Below, piece by piece: positions 15,301 through 30,300 of a DNA stretch of 64,000 nucleotides. How positions within the stretch are numbered: the stretch's first letter is position 1; every line of letters begins with the position of its first letter. A program made the translations under genes and the position numbers. The stretch lies in NCBI RefSeq assembly GCF_009914755.1, contig NC_060948.1; one strand, given 5' to 3'. The DNA comes from the human T2T-CHM13v2.0 reference genome, Homo sapiens. Below the pieces are notes generated by a model, which saw only the letters and a list, made by a program, of their open reading frames with translations, was not told the DNA's origin and made no database searches.

Positions 15301-16751
15301 AACGGAATGGAATGCAATGCAATCAAATGGCATGGAATAAAATAGAATGAAAGAGAATCAAATGGAATTGAATCGAATGGAATCGAATGGATTGGAAAGG
15401 AATAGAATGGAATGGAATGGAATTGACTCAAATGGAATGGACTAGAATGGAATGGATTCGAATGGAAGGCAAAGGAATGGAATCTATTGGAATGGACTGT
15501 AATGGAATGGAATGGAAGGGATTGGAATGGACTCGAATGGAATGGACTGCAGTAGAAAGGATTCGAATGGAATGAAAAAGAATTGAATGGAATAGAACAG
15601 AATGGAATCAAATCGAATGAAATGGAATGGAATAGAAAGGAATGGAATGAAATGGAATGGAAAGGATTCGAATGGAATGCAATCGAATGGAATGCAATCG
15701 AATGGAATGGAATCGAACGGAATGGAATAAAATGGAAGAAAACTGGCAAGAAATGGAATCGAAATGAATGGAGTGTTATGGAACGGACTCAAAAGGAATT
15801 GAATGTAATAGAATGGAGTGGAGTGGACTCGAATATAATGGACTGGAATGGAATGAAATCACATGGAATGGGAACGAATGGAATGGAATGGAAAGGAATG
15901 GAATCGAATGCAAAGGAATCGAATGGAAGGGAATGAAATTGAATCAACAGGAATGGAAGGGAGTAGAATAGACGGTAATGGAATGGACTCGAAGAGAATG
16001 GACACGAATGCTCAAATTGAATGGACTCGAATGGAATGGCAACGAAAGGAATGTCATCGAATGGAATTGAATCGATTGGAATGAAATCACATAGAATGGA
16101 GTGGAATCAAATGGAATTGAATCGAAAGGAAAGGAAGCGAATGGACTGAAATGAAATGGAATGGAATTGAATGGAAATTAATGCAATGGAATAGAATGGA
16201 ACGAAATTTCACGGAATGGAATCAAACTGAATGGAATCAAATCAATGGAATATAATCAAATGGAATGGAAAGGAATTGAATGGAGTAGATTGAATTGGAT
16301 GGGATTGGAATGAAATGTACTGGAAAGGACTCGAATTTCATGAAACGGAATGGAATGAATTAGAACGGAATGGACTCGAATGGAATGGAATGTCATGGAA
16401 TGGCATCAAATGGAATGGGATCGAATGCGATGGAATGCTATGGAATGGAATGGAATGCATTGGAATGGAATGTCCTCTAATGGAATGTATTCGAGTGGAA
16501 TGGAATCGAATATAATGGAGTCTAATGAAATGGAATTGAAAGGAATGGGACCGAATACAATGGAATATACTGGAATGTAATGTAATGAACTCGAATGTAA
16601 TTGACTGGAATGGAATGTACATGAATGGAATGTAATCGAATGGAAAGCAATCCAATGGAATAGAATCTAATGCAATAAAACCGACTGAGATAGAGTAGAA
16701 TGTAATGGAATGGAGTGCAGTGCAATGGAAGGGAATGGAATTGAATGCAAT

Positions 16752-16791
16752 GGAATGGAATGGAATGGAATGGAATGGAATGGAATGGAAT
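16752..16791 (+). repeat. Pure (GGAAT)8 tract, longest allele of a variable internal microsatellite
   Basis: Eight perfect pentamers between GCAAT and GGGAT. The homologous tract has 3-5 copies in most other units. Confidence 0.9.
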
Positions 16792-19700
16792 GGGATGGAA
16801 TGGTATGGAATGGATAGTAATGGACTGGAGTGAAATGGACTGGAAAAGAATGGACTCAAATTGAAAGGGCTGGAAAGGAATGGAGTCAAATGGAATGGTC
16901 TGGAATGGAATGAACATGAATGTAATGCAATCCAATAGAATGGAATCGAATGGCATGGAATATAAAGAAATGGAATCGAAGAGAATGGAAACAAATGGAA
17001 TGGAATTGAATGGAATGGAATTGAATGGAATGGGAACGAATGGAGTGAAATTGTATGCAGTAGAAGAGAATAGAATGGAATGCAAGCGAAAGGAAAGGAA
17101 TGGATTGGAATGGAATGGAATTCATTGGAATGGAAGGGAATGTAGTGTAATTGACAGGCCTGGAATAAAGTGGAATGCTACGGTCTCGAATGGAATAAAA
17201 ATGTATGGAATGGAATGCAATGAAACGGAATCGAATGTCATAGAATGTAATGGAATGCAAAAAAATGGACTCCAAAATCATTGACTGGAAAGGCTGGGTG
17301 TCGAAAGGAATTGACTCCAATGGAATGGAATCGAATGGAATGGAAGTGAATAGAATCGAACTAAATCGAATGGAATGGAATTGATAGGAACGGAATGGAA
17401 AGGAATGCAATGATTTGGCATGGAATGGAATCGAATGGCATCGAATGGAATGGAATGGAATGCAATGGAATGGAATGTATTAGAATGTAATGAACTTTAA
17501 TGGAATGTACTCGAATGGATTCGACTGGAATGGAATGTTCTCGAAGTGAATGGACTCCAATGGAATGGATTCGAAAGGAATGGAATCTAATGGAATGGAA
17601 TTAAATGGAAATGAATCAAATTGAATAGAACGGAATTGAATTGAATGGAATCGAATGCAATGGAATCTAATGAAACGGAAAGGAAAGGAATGGAATGGAT
17701 TGGAATGGAATGGGCTGGAATGGAATGGAATCGAAACGAATGGAATGGAATCGAACTGAAGAGACTGGAATGGAATGCACTGGAATGGAAGGGAATGTAA
17801 TGGAAGGTTCTCGAAAAAAATGGAATCGAAAGGAATGGAAATGAATGGAACGGAATAGAGTCGAATGGAATTCAATGGAATGGAATGGACTAGAGTGAAA
17901 TGGAATCGAACCACAAGGAATGGACAGGAATAGAATGGTCTCGAATTGAATGGAATCGTATGGAATGGCATCAAACGGAATGGAATGGACAGCCACGGAA
18001 TGGAATGGACACCCACGGAATGGAATGCACTCGAATGCAATGGAGTCGACACTAATGGACTGGAATAGAATGGACTCGACTGGTACGGACTCCAATGGAA
18101 TGGAATCGAATGGAAGGGAATCGAACGGAATGGACTCGAAGGGAAAAGACTGCAATGGAAAGGTCTCCAATGGAATGGAAATTAATGGAATGGAATGGAA
18201 TCGAATGAAATGGAGTCAAAAGGAATGGAATCGAATGGCAAGAAATCGAATGTAATGGAATCGCAAGGAATTGATGTGAACGGAACGGAATCGAATGGAA
18301 TCCAAAGGAATGGAATAGAATGGAATGGAATCGAATGGAAAGGACTCGAATGGAAATCACTCGAATAGAATGCAATTTAATAAAATAGGATCAAATGTAA
18401 TGGAATGGAATGGAAAGGAATCGAAACGAAAGGAATGGAGACAGATGGAATGGAATGGAACAGAGAGCAATGGTATAGAATGGAATGGAATCATCTGGAA
18501 TGGAATTGAATGGAATGGAATAATATGAAATGGAATGGAATGGAATGGAATGCCCTTGAATTAAATGGACTGGAATGGAATGGACTCGAACAGAGTGGAA
18601 TGGAAAGTGTTGAAATAGAATGGAATGGACTCGTTTGGAATGGTCTAGTATGCAATGCAATCGACTGGCAGGGAATCAAAAGGAATGTAATCGAATGGAT
18701 TGGACTGGAATGCAATGGACTCGAATAGATTGGAAACGGAAAGCAAAGGAATGGAATGGAATAGTATGGAATGGAATGGAAAGGAATGGAGAGGAATAGA
18801 CTAGAGTGGAATGGAATGGACTCGAAAGCAATGGACTGAAATGGAACTTTCTTGAATGGACTGGAATCAAACGGAATGGAATGCAATGCAATCAAATGGC
18901 ATGGAATAAAATAGAATGAAAGAGAATCAAATGGAATTGAATGGAATGGAATCGAATGGATTGGAAAGGAATAGAATGGAATGGAATGGAATTGACTCAA
19001 ATGGAATGGACTAGAATGGAATGGATTCGAATGGAAGGCAAAGGAATGGAATCTATTGGAATGGACTGTAATGGAATGGAATGGAAAGGATTGGAATGGA
19101 CTCGAATGGAATGGACTGCAATAGAAAGGATTCGAATGGAATGAAAATGAATTGAATGGAATAGAACAGAATGGAATCAAATCGAATGAAATGGAATGGA
19201 ATAGAAAGGAATGGAATGAAATGGAATGGAAAGGATTCGAATGGAATGCAATCGAATGGAATGCAATCAAATGGAATGGAATCGAACGGAATGGAATAAA
19301 ATGGAAGAAAACTGGCAAGAAATGGAGTCGAAATGAATGGAGTGTTATGGAACCGACTCAAAAGGAATTGAATGTAATAGAATGGAGTGGAGTGGACTCG
19401 AATATAATGGACTGGAATGGAATGAAATCACATGGAATGGGAACGAATGGAATGGAATGGAAAGGAATGGAATCGAATGGAAAGGAATCGAATGGAAGGG
19501 AATGAAATTGAATCAACAGGAATGGAAGGGAGTAGAATAGACGGTAATGGAATGGACTCGAATAGAATGGACACGAATGCTCAAATTGAATGGACTCGAA
19601 TGGAATGGAAACGAAAGGAATGTCATCGAATGGAATTGAATCGATTGGAATGAAATCACATAGAATGGAGTGGAATCAAATGGAATTGAATCGAAAGGAA

Positions 19701-22700
19701 AGGAAGCGAATGGACTGAAATGAAATGGAATGGAATTGAATGGAAATTAATGCAATGGAATAGAATGGAACGAAATTTCACGGAATGGAATCAAACTGAA
19801 TGGAATCAAATCAATGGAATATAATCAAATGGAATGGAAAGGAATTGAATGGAGTAGATTGGATTGGATGGGATTGGAATGAAATGTACTGGAAAGGACT
19901 CGAATTTCATGAAACGGAATGGAATGAATTAGAACGGAATGGACTCGAATGGAATGGAATGTCATGGAATGGCATCAAATGGAATGGAATCGAATGCGAT
20001 GGAATGCTATGGAATGGAATGGAATGCATTGGAATGGAATGTCCTCTAATGGAATGTATTCGAGTGGAATGGAATCGAATATAATGGAGTCTAATGAAAG
20101 GGAATTGAAAGGAATGGGACCGAATACAATGGAATATACTGGAATGTAATGTAATGAACTCGAATGTAATTGACTGGAATGGAATGTACATGAATGGAAT
20201 GTAATCGAATGGAAAGCAATCCAATGGAATAGAATCTAATGCAATAAAATCGACTCAAATAGAGTAGAATGTAATGGAATGGAGTGCAGTGCAATGGAAT
20301 GGAATGGAATGGAATGCAATGGAATGGAATGGAATGGAATGGAATGGGATGGAATGGTATGGAATGGATAGTAATGGACTGGAGTGAAATGGACTGGAAA
20401 AGAATGGACTCAAATTGAAAGGGCTCGAAAGGAATGGAGTCAAATGGAATGGTCTGGAATGGAATGAACACGAATGTAATGCAATCCAATAGAATGGAAT
20501 CGAATGGCATGGAATATAAAGAAATGGAATCGAAGAGAATGGAAACAAATGGAATGGAATTGAATGGAATGGAATTGAATGGAATGGGAACGAATGGAGT
20601 GAAATTTTATGCAGTAGAAGAGAATAGAATGGAATGCAAGCGAAAGGAAAGGAATGGATTGGAATGGAAAGGAATTCATTGGAATGGAAGGGAATGTAGT
20701 GTAATGGACAGGCCTGGAATAAAGTGGAATGCTATGGTCTCGAATGGAATAAAAATGTATGGAATGGAATGCAATGAAACGGAATCGAATGTCATAGAAT
20801 GTAATGGAATGCAAAAAAATGGACTCCAAAATCATTGACTGGAAAGGCTGGGTGTCGAAAGGAATTGACTCCAATGGAATGGAATCGAATGGAATGGAAG
20901 TGAATAGAATCGAACTAAATCGAATGGAATGGAATTGATAGGAACGGAATGGAAAGGAATGCAATGATTTGGCATGGAATGGAATCGAATGGCATCGAAT
21001 GGAATGGAATGGAATGCAATGGAATGGAATGTATTAGAATGTAATGAACTTTAATGGAATGTACTCGAATGGATTCGACTGGAATGGAATGTTCTCGAAG
21101 TGAATGGACTCCAATGGAATGGATTCGAAAGGAATGGAATCTAATGGAATGGAATTAAATGGAAATGAATCAAATTGAATAGAACGGAATTGAATTGAAT
21201 GGAATCGAATGCAATGGAATCTAATGAAACGGAAAGGAAAGGAATGGAATGGATTGGAATGCAATGGGCTGGAATGGAATGGAATCGAAACGAATGGAAT
21301 GGAATCGAACTGAAGAGACTGGAATGGAATGCACTGGAATGGTAGGGAATGTAATGGAAGGTTCTCGAAAAAAATGGAATCGAAAGGAATGGAATTGAAT
21401 GGAACGGAATAGAGTCGAATGGAATTCAATGGAATGGAATGGACTAGAGTGAAATGGAATCGAACCACAAGGAATGGACAGGAATAGAATGGTCTCGAAT
21501 TGAATGGAATCGTATGGAATGGCATCAAACGGAATGGAATGGACAGCCACGGAATGGAATGGACACCCACGGAATGGAATGCACTCGAATGCAATGGAGT
21601 CGACACTAATGGACTGGAATAGAATGGACTCGACTGGTACGGACTCCAATGGAATGGAATCGAATGGAAGGGAATCGAACGGAATGGACTCGAAGGGAAA
21701 AGACTGCAATGGAAAGGTCTCCAATGGAATGGAAATTAATGGAATGGAATGGAATCGAATGAAATGGAGTCAAAAGGAATGGAATCGAATGGCAAGAAAT
21801 CGAATGTAATGGAATCGCAAGGAATTGATGTGAACGGAACGGAATGGAATGGAATCCAAAGGAATGGAATAGAATGGAATGGAATCGAATGGAAAGGACT
21901 CGAATGGAAATCACTCGAATAGAATGCAATTTAATAAAATAGGATCAAATGTAATGGAATGGAATGGAAAGGAATCGAAACGAAAGGAATGGAGACAGAT
22001 GGAATGGAATGGAACAGAGAGCAATGGTATAGAATGGAATGGAATCATCTGGAATGGAATTGAATGGAATGGAATAATATGAAATGGAATGGAATGGAAT
22101 GGAATGCCCTTGAATTAAATGGACTGGAATGGAATGGACTCGAACAGAGTGGAATGGAAAGTGTTGAAATAGAATGGAATGGACTCGTTTGGAATGGTCT
22201 AGTATGCAATGCAATCGACTGGCAGGGAATCAAAAGGAATGTAATCGAATGGATTGGACTGGAATGCAATGGACTCGAATAGATTGGAAACGGAAAGCAA
22301 AGGAATGGAATGGAATAGTATGGAATGGAATGGAAAGGAATGGAGTGGAATAGACTAGAGTGGAATGGAATGGACTCGAAAGCAATGGACTGGAATGGAA
22401 CTTTCTTGAATGGACTGGAATCAAACGGAATGGAATGCAATGCAATCAAATGGCATGGAATAAAATAGAATGAAAGAGAATGAAATGGAATTGAATCGAA
22501 TGGAATCGAATGGATTGGAAAGGAATAGAATGGAATGGAATGGAATTGACTCAAATGGAATGGACTAGAATGGAATGGATTCGAATGGAAGGCAAAGGAA
22601 TGGAATCTATTGGAATGGACTGTAATGGAATGGAATGGAAGTGATTGGAATGGACTCGAATGGAATGGACTGCAATAGAAAGGATTCGAATGGAATGAAA

Positions 22701-24359
22701 AAGAATTGAATGGAATAGAACAGAATGGAATCAAATCGAATGAAATGGAATGGAATAGAAAGGAATGGAATGAAATGGAATGGAAAGGATTCGAATAGAA
22801 TGCAATCGAATGGAATGCAATCGAATGGAATGGAATCGAACGGAATGGAATAAAATGGAAGAAAACTGGCAAGAAATGGAATCGAAATGAATGGAGTGTT
22901 ATGGAACGGACTCAAAAGGAATTGAATGTAATAGAATGGAGTGGAGTGGACTCGAATATAATGGACTGGAATGGAATGAAATCACATGGAATGGGAACGA
23001 ATGGAATGGAATGGAAAGGAATGGAATCGAATGGAAAGGAATCGAATGGAAGGGAATGAAATTGAATCAACAGGAATGGAAGGGAGTAGAATAGACGGTA
23101 ATGGAATGGACTCGAATAGAATGGACACGAATGCTCAAATTGAATGGACTCGAATGGAATGGAAACGAAAGGAATGTCATCGAATGGAATTGAATCGATT
23201 GGAATGAAATCACATAGAATGGAGTGGAATCAAATGGAATTGAATCGAAAGGAAAGGAAGCGAATGGACTGAAATGAAATGGAATGGAATTGAATGGAAA
23301 TTAATGCAGTGGAATAGAATGGAACGAAATTTCACGGAATGGAATCAAACTGAATGGAATCAAATCAATGGAATATAATCAAATGGAATGGAAAGGAATT
23401 GAATGGAGTAGATTGGATTGGATGGGATTGGAATGAAATGTACTGGAAAGGACTCGAATTTCATGAAACGGAATGGAATGAATTAGAACGGAATGGACTC
23501 GAATGGAATGGAATGTCATGGAATGGCATCAAATGGAATGGAATCGAATGCGATGGAATGCTATGGAATGGAATGGAATGCATTGGAATGGAATGTCCTC
23601 TAATGGAATGTATTCGAGTGGAATGGAATCGAATATAATGGAGTCTAATGAAAGGGAATTGAAAGGAATGGGACCGAATACAATGGAATATACTGGAATG
23701 TAATGTAATGAACTCGAATGTAATTGACTGGAATGGAATGTACATGAATGGAATGTAATCGAATGGAAAGCAATCCAATGGAATAGAATCTAATGCAATA
23801 AAATCGACTCAAATAGAGTAGAATGTAATGGAATGGAGTGCAGTGCAATGGAATGGAATGGAATGGAATGCAATGGAATGGAATGGAATGGAATGGAATG
23901 GGATGGAATGGTATGGAATGGATAGTAATGGACTGGAGTGAAATGGACTGGAAAAGAATGGACTCAAATTGAAAGGGCTCGAAAGGAATGGAGTCAAATG
24001 GAATGGTCTGGAATGGAATGAACACGAATGTAATGCAATCCAATAGAATGGAATCGAATGGCATGGAATATAAAGAAATGGAATCGAAGAGAATGGAAAC
24101 AAATGGAATGGAATTGAATGGAATGGGAACGAATGGAGTGAAATTGTATGCAGTAGAAGAGAATAGAATGGAATGCAAGCGAAAGGAAAGGAATGGATTG
24201 GAATGGAATGGAATTCATTGGAATGGAAGGGAATGTAGTGTAATGGACAGGCCTGGAATAAAGTGGAATGCTACGGTCTCGAATGGAATAAAAATGTATG
24301 GAATGGAATGCAATGAAACGGAATCGAATGTCATAGAATGTAATGGAATGCAAAAAAAT

Positions 24360-27300
24360 GGAATCCAAAATCATTGACTGGAAAGGCTGGGTGTCGAAAG
24401 GAATTGACTCCAATGGAATGGAATCGAATGGAATGGAAGTGAATAGAATGGAACTAAATCGAATGGAATGGAATTCATAGGAACGGAATGGAAAGGAATG
24501 CAATGATTTGGCATGGAATGGAATCGAATGGCATCGAATGGAATGGAATGGAATGCAATGGAATGGAATGTATTAGAATGTAATGAACTTTAATGGAATG
24601 TACTCGAATGGATTCGACTGGAATGGAATGTTCTCGAAGTGAATGGACTCCAATGGAATGGATTCGAAAGGAATGGAATCTAATGGAATGGAATTAAATG
24701 GAAATGAATCAAATTGAATAGAACGGAATTGAATTGAATGGAATCGAATGCAATGGAATCTAATGAAACGGAAAGGAAAGGAATGGAATAGATTGGAATG
24801 GAATGGGCTGGAATGGAATGGAATCGAAACGAATGGAATGGAATCGAACTGAAGAGACTGGAATGGAATGCACTGGAATGGAAGGGAATGTAATGGAAGG
24901 TTCTCGAAAAAAATGGAATCGAAAGGAATGGAATTGAATGGAACGGAATAGAGTCGAATGGAATTCAATGGAATGGAATGGACTAGAGTGAAATGGAATC
25001 GAACCACAAGGAATGGACAGGAATAGAATGGTCTCGAATTGAATGGAATCGTATGGAATGGCATCAATCGGAATGGAATGGACAGCCACGGAATGGAATG
25101 GACACCCACGGAATGGAATGCACTCGAATGCAATGGAGTCGACACTAATGGACTGGAATAGAATGGACTCGACTGATACGGACTCCAATGGAATGGAATC
25201 GAATGGAAGGGAATCGAACGGAATGGACTCGAAGGAAAAAGACTGCAATGGAAAGGTCTCCAATGGAATGGAAATTAATGGAATGGAATGGAATCGAATG
25301 AAATGGAGTCAAAAGGAATGGAATCGAATGGCAAGAAATCGAATGTAATGGAATCGCAAGGAATTGATGTGAACGGAACGGAATGGAATGGAATCCAAAG
25401 GAATGGAATAGAATGGAATGGAATCGAATGGAAAGGACTCGAATGGACATCACTCGAATTGAATGCAATTTAATAAAATAGGATCAAATGTAATGGAATG
25501 GAATGGAAAGGAATCGAAACGAAAGGAATGGAGACAGATGGAATGGAATGGAACAGAGAGCAATGGTATAGAATGGAATGGAATCATCTGTAATGGAATT
25601 GAATGGAATGGAATAACATGAAATGGACTGGAATGGAATGGAATGCCCTTGAATTAAATGGACTGGAATGGAATGGACTCGAACAGAGTGGAATGGAAAG
25701 TGTTGAAATAGAATGGAATGGACTCGTTTGGAATGGTCTAGTATGCAATGCAATCGACTGGCAGGGAATCAAAAGGAATGTAATCGAATGGATTGGACTG
25801 GAATGCAATGGACTCGAATAGATTGGAAACGGAAAGCAAAGGAATGGAATGGAATAGTATGGAATGGAATGGAAAGGAATGGAGTGGAATAGACTAGAGT
25901 GGAATGGAATGGACTCGAAAGCAATGGACTGGAATGGAACTTTCTTGAATGGACTGGAATCAAACGGAATGGAATGCAATGCAATCAAATGGCATGGAAG
26001 AAGATAGAATGAAAGAGAATGAAATGGAATTGAATCGAATGGAATCGAATGGATTGGAAAGGAATAGAATGGAATGGAATGGAATTGACTCAAATGGAAT
26101 GGACTAGAATGGAATGGATTCGAATGGAAGGCAAAGGAATGGAATCTATTGGAATGGACTGTAATGGAATGGAATGGAAGGGATTGGAATGGACTCGAAT
26201 GGAATGGACTGCAATAGAAAGGATTCGAATGGAATGAAAAAGAATTGAATGGAATAGAACAGAATGGAATCAAATCGAATGAAATGGAATGGAATAGAAA
26301 GGAATGGAATGAAATGGAATGGAAAGGATTCGAATGGAATGCAATCGAATGGAATGCAATCTAATGGAATGGAATCGAACGGAATGGAATAAAATGGAAG
26401 AAAACTGGCAAGAAATGGAGTCGAAATGAATGGAGTGTTATGGAACCGACTCAAAAGGAATTGAATGTAATAGAATGGAGTGGAGTGGACTCGAATATAA
26501 TGGACTGGAATGGAATGAAATCACATGGAATGGGAACGAATGGAATGGAATGGAAAGGAATGGAATAGAATGGAAAGGAATCGAATGGAAGGGAATGAAA
26601 TTGAATCAACAGGAATGGAAGGGAGTAGAATAGACGGTAATGGAATGGACTCGAATAGAATGGACACGAATGCTCAAATTGAATGGACTCGAATGGAATG
26701 GAAACGAAAGGAATGTCATCGAATGGAATTGAATCGATTGGAATGAAATCACATAGAATGGAGTGGAATCAAATGGAATTGAATCGAAAGGAAAGGAAGC
26801 GAATGGACTGAAATGAAATGGAATGGAATTGAATGGAAATTAATGCAATGGAATAGAATGGAACGAAATTTCACGGAATGGAATCAAACTGAATGGAATC
26901 AAATCAATGGAATATAATCAAATGGAATGGAAAGGAATTGAATGGAGTAGATTGGATTGGATGGGATTGGAATGAAATGTACTGGAAAGGACTCGAATTT
27001 CATGAAACGGAATGGAATGAATTAGAACGGAATGGACTCGAATGGAATGGAATGTCATGGAATGGCATCAAATGGAATGGAATCGAATGCGATGGAATGC
27101 TATGGAATGGAATGGAATGCATTGGAATGGAATGTCCTCTAATGGAATGTATTCGAGTGGAATGGAATCGAATATAATGGAGTCTAATGAAATGGAATTG
27201 AAAGGAATGGGACCGAATACAATGGAATATACTGGAATGTAATGTAATGAACTCGAATGTAATTGACTGGAATGGAATGTACATGAATGGAATGTAATCG

Positions 27301-30300
27301 AATGGAAAGCAATCCAATGGAATAGAATCTAATGCAATAAAATCGACTCAAATAGAGTAGAATGTAATGGAATGGAGTGCAGTGCAATGGAATGGAATGG
27401 AATGGAATGCAATGGAATGGAATGGAATGGAATGGAATGAGATGGAATGGTATGGAATGGATAGTAATGGACTGGAGTGAAATGGACTGGAAAAGAATGG
27501 ACTCAAATTGAAAGGGCTCGAAAGGAATGGAGTCAAATGGAATGGTCTGGAATGGAATGAACACGAATGTAATGCAATCCAATGGAATGGAATCGAATGG
27601 CATGGAATATAAAGAAATGGAATCGAAGAGAATGGAAACAAATGGAATGGAATTGAATGGAATGGAATTGAATGGAATGGGAACGAATGGAGTGAAATTG
27701 TATGCAGTAGAAGAGAATAGAATGGAATGCAAGCGAAAGGAAAGGAATGGATTGGAATGGAATGGAATTCATTGGAATGGAAGGGAATGTAGTGTAATGG
27801 ACAGGCCTGGAATAAAGTGGAATGCTACGGTCTCGAATGGAATAAAAATGTATGGAATGGAATGCAATGAAACGGAATCGAATGTCATAGAATGTAATGG
27901 AATGCAAAAAAATGGAATCCAAAATCATTGACTGGAAAGGCTGGGTGTCGAAAGGAATTGACTCCAATGGAATGGAATCGAATGGAATGGAAGTGAATAG
28001 AATGGAACTAAATCGAATGGAATGGAATTCATAGGAACGGAATGGAAAGGAATGCAATGATTTGGCATGGAATGGAATCGAATGGCATCGAATGGAATGG
28101 AATGGAATGCAATGGAATGGAATGTATTAGAATGTAATGAACTTTAATGGAATGTACTCGAATGGATTCGACTGGAATGGAATGTTCTCGAAGTGAATGG
28201 ACTCCAATGGAATGGATTCGAAAGGAATGGAATCTAATGGAATGGAATTAAATGGAAATGAATCAAATTGAATAGAACGGAATTGAATTGAATGGAATCG
28301 AATGCAATGGAATCTAATGAAATGGAAAGGAAAGGAATGGAATGGATTGGAATGGAATGGGCTGGAATGGAATGGAATCGAAACGAATGGAATGGAATCG
28401 AACTGAAGAGACTGGAATGGAATGCACTGGAATGGAAGGGAATGTAATGGAAGGTTCTCGAAAAAAATGGAATCGAAAGGAATGGAATTGAATGGAACGG
28501 AATAGAGTCGAATGGAATTCAATGGAATGGAATGGACTAGAGTGAAATGGAATCGAACCACAAGGAATGGACAGGAATAGAATGGTCTCGAATTGAATGG
28601 AATCGTATGGAATGGCATCAATCGGAATGGAATGGACAGCCACGGAATGGAATGGACACCCACGGAATGGAATGCACTCGAATGCAATGGAGTCGACACT
28701 AATGGACTGGAATAGAATGGACTCGACTGATACGGACTCCAATGGAATGGAATCGAATGGAAGGGAATCGAACGGAATGGACTCGAAGGAAAAAGACTGC
28801 AATGGAAAGGTCTCCAATGGAATGGAAATTAATGGAATGGAATGGAATCGAATGAAATGGAGTCAAAAGGAATGGAATCGAATGGCAAGAAATCGAATGT
28901 AATGGAATCGCAAGGAATTGATGTGAACGGAACGGAATGGAATGGAATCCAAAGGAATGGAATAGAATGGAATGGAATCGAATGGAAAGGACTCGAATGG
29001 ACATCACTCGAATTGAATGCAATTTAATAAAATAGGATCAAATGTAATGGAATGGAATGGAAAGGAATCGAAACGAAAGGAATGGAGACAGATGGAATGG
29101 AATGGAACAGAGAGCAATGGTATAGAATGGAATGGAATCATCTGGAATGGAATTGAATGGAATGGAATAACATGAAATGGACTGGAATGGAATGGAATGC
29201 CCTTGAATTAAATGGACTGGAATGGAATGGACTCGAACAGAGTGGAATGGAAAGTGTTGAAATAGAATGGAATGGACTCGTTTGGAATGGTCTAGTATGC
29301 AATGCAATCGACTGGCAGGGAATCAAAAGGAATGTAATCGAATGGATTGGACTGGAATGCAATGGACTCGAATAGATTGGAAACGGAAAGCAAAGGAATG
29401 GAATGGAATAGTATGGAATGGAATGGAAAGGAATGGAGTGGAATAGACTAGAGTGGAATGGAATGGACTCGAAAGCAATGGACTGGAATGGAACTTTCTT
29501 GAATGGACTGGAATCAAACGGAATGGAATGCAATGCAATCAAATGGCATGGAAGAAGATAGAATGAAAGAGAATGAAATGGAATTGAATCGAATGGAATC
29601 GAATGGATTGGAAAGGAATAGAATGGAATGGAATGGAATTGACTCAAATGGAATGGACTAGAATGGAATGGATTCGAATGGAAGGCAAAGGAATGGAATC
29701 TATTGGAATGGACTGTAATGGAATGGAATGGAAGGGATTGGAATGGACTCGAATGGAATGGACTGCAATAGAAAGGATTCGAATGGAATGAAAAAGAATT
29801 GAATGGAATAGAACAGAATGGAATCAAATCGAATGAAATGGAATGGAATAGAAAGGAATGGAATGAAATGGAATGGAAAGGATTCGAATGGAATGCAATC
29901 GAATGGAATGCAATCTAATGGAATGGAATCGAACGGAATGGAATAAAATGGAAGAAAACTGGCAAGAAATGGAGTCGAAATGAATGGAGTGTTATGGAAC
30001 CGACTCAAAAGGAATTGAATGTAATAGAATGGAGTGGAGTGGACTCGAATATAATGGACTGGAATGGAATGAAATCACATGGAATGGGAACGAATGGAAT
30101 GGAATGGAAAGGAATGGAATAGAATGGAAAGGAATCGAATGGAAGGGAATGAAATTGAATCAACAGGAATGGAAGGGAGTAGAATAGACGGTAATGGAAT
30201 GGACTCGAATAGAATGGACACGAATGCTCAAATTGAATGGACTCGAATGGAATGGAAACGAAAGGAATGTCATCGAATGGAATTGAATCGATTGGAATGA

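Larger units (their letters stand above)
1100..16680 (+). repeat. Dimeric (A-B-A-B-A) super-repeat, period ~7.08 kb
   Basis: PstI CTGCAG at 1387, 8464 and 15547 alternates with GCGC (TGCGCTGCAA) at 4932 and 12010 at the homologous position. A 15-bp deletion plus linked SNPs (GGAAACTAAT, TAAACGG, CAAATAGAAT) occur only at ~6950-7060 and ~14030-14140. Boundaries are approximate. Confidence 0.8.
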
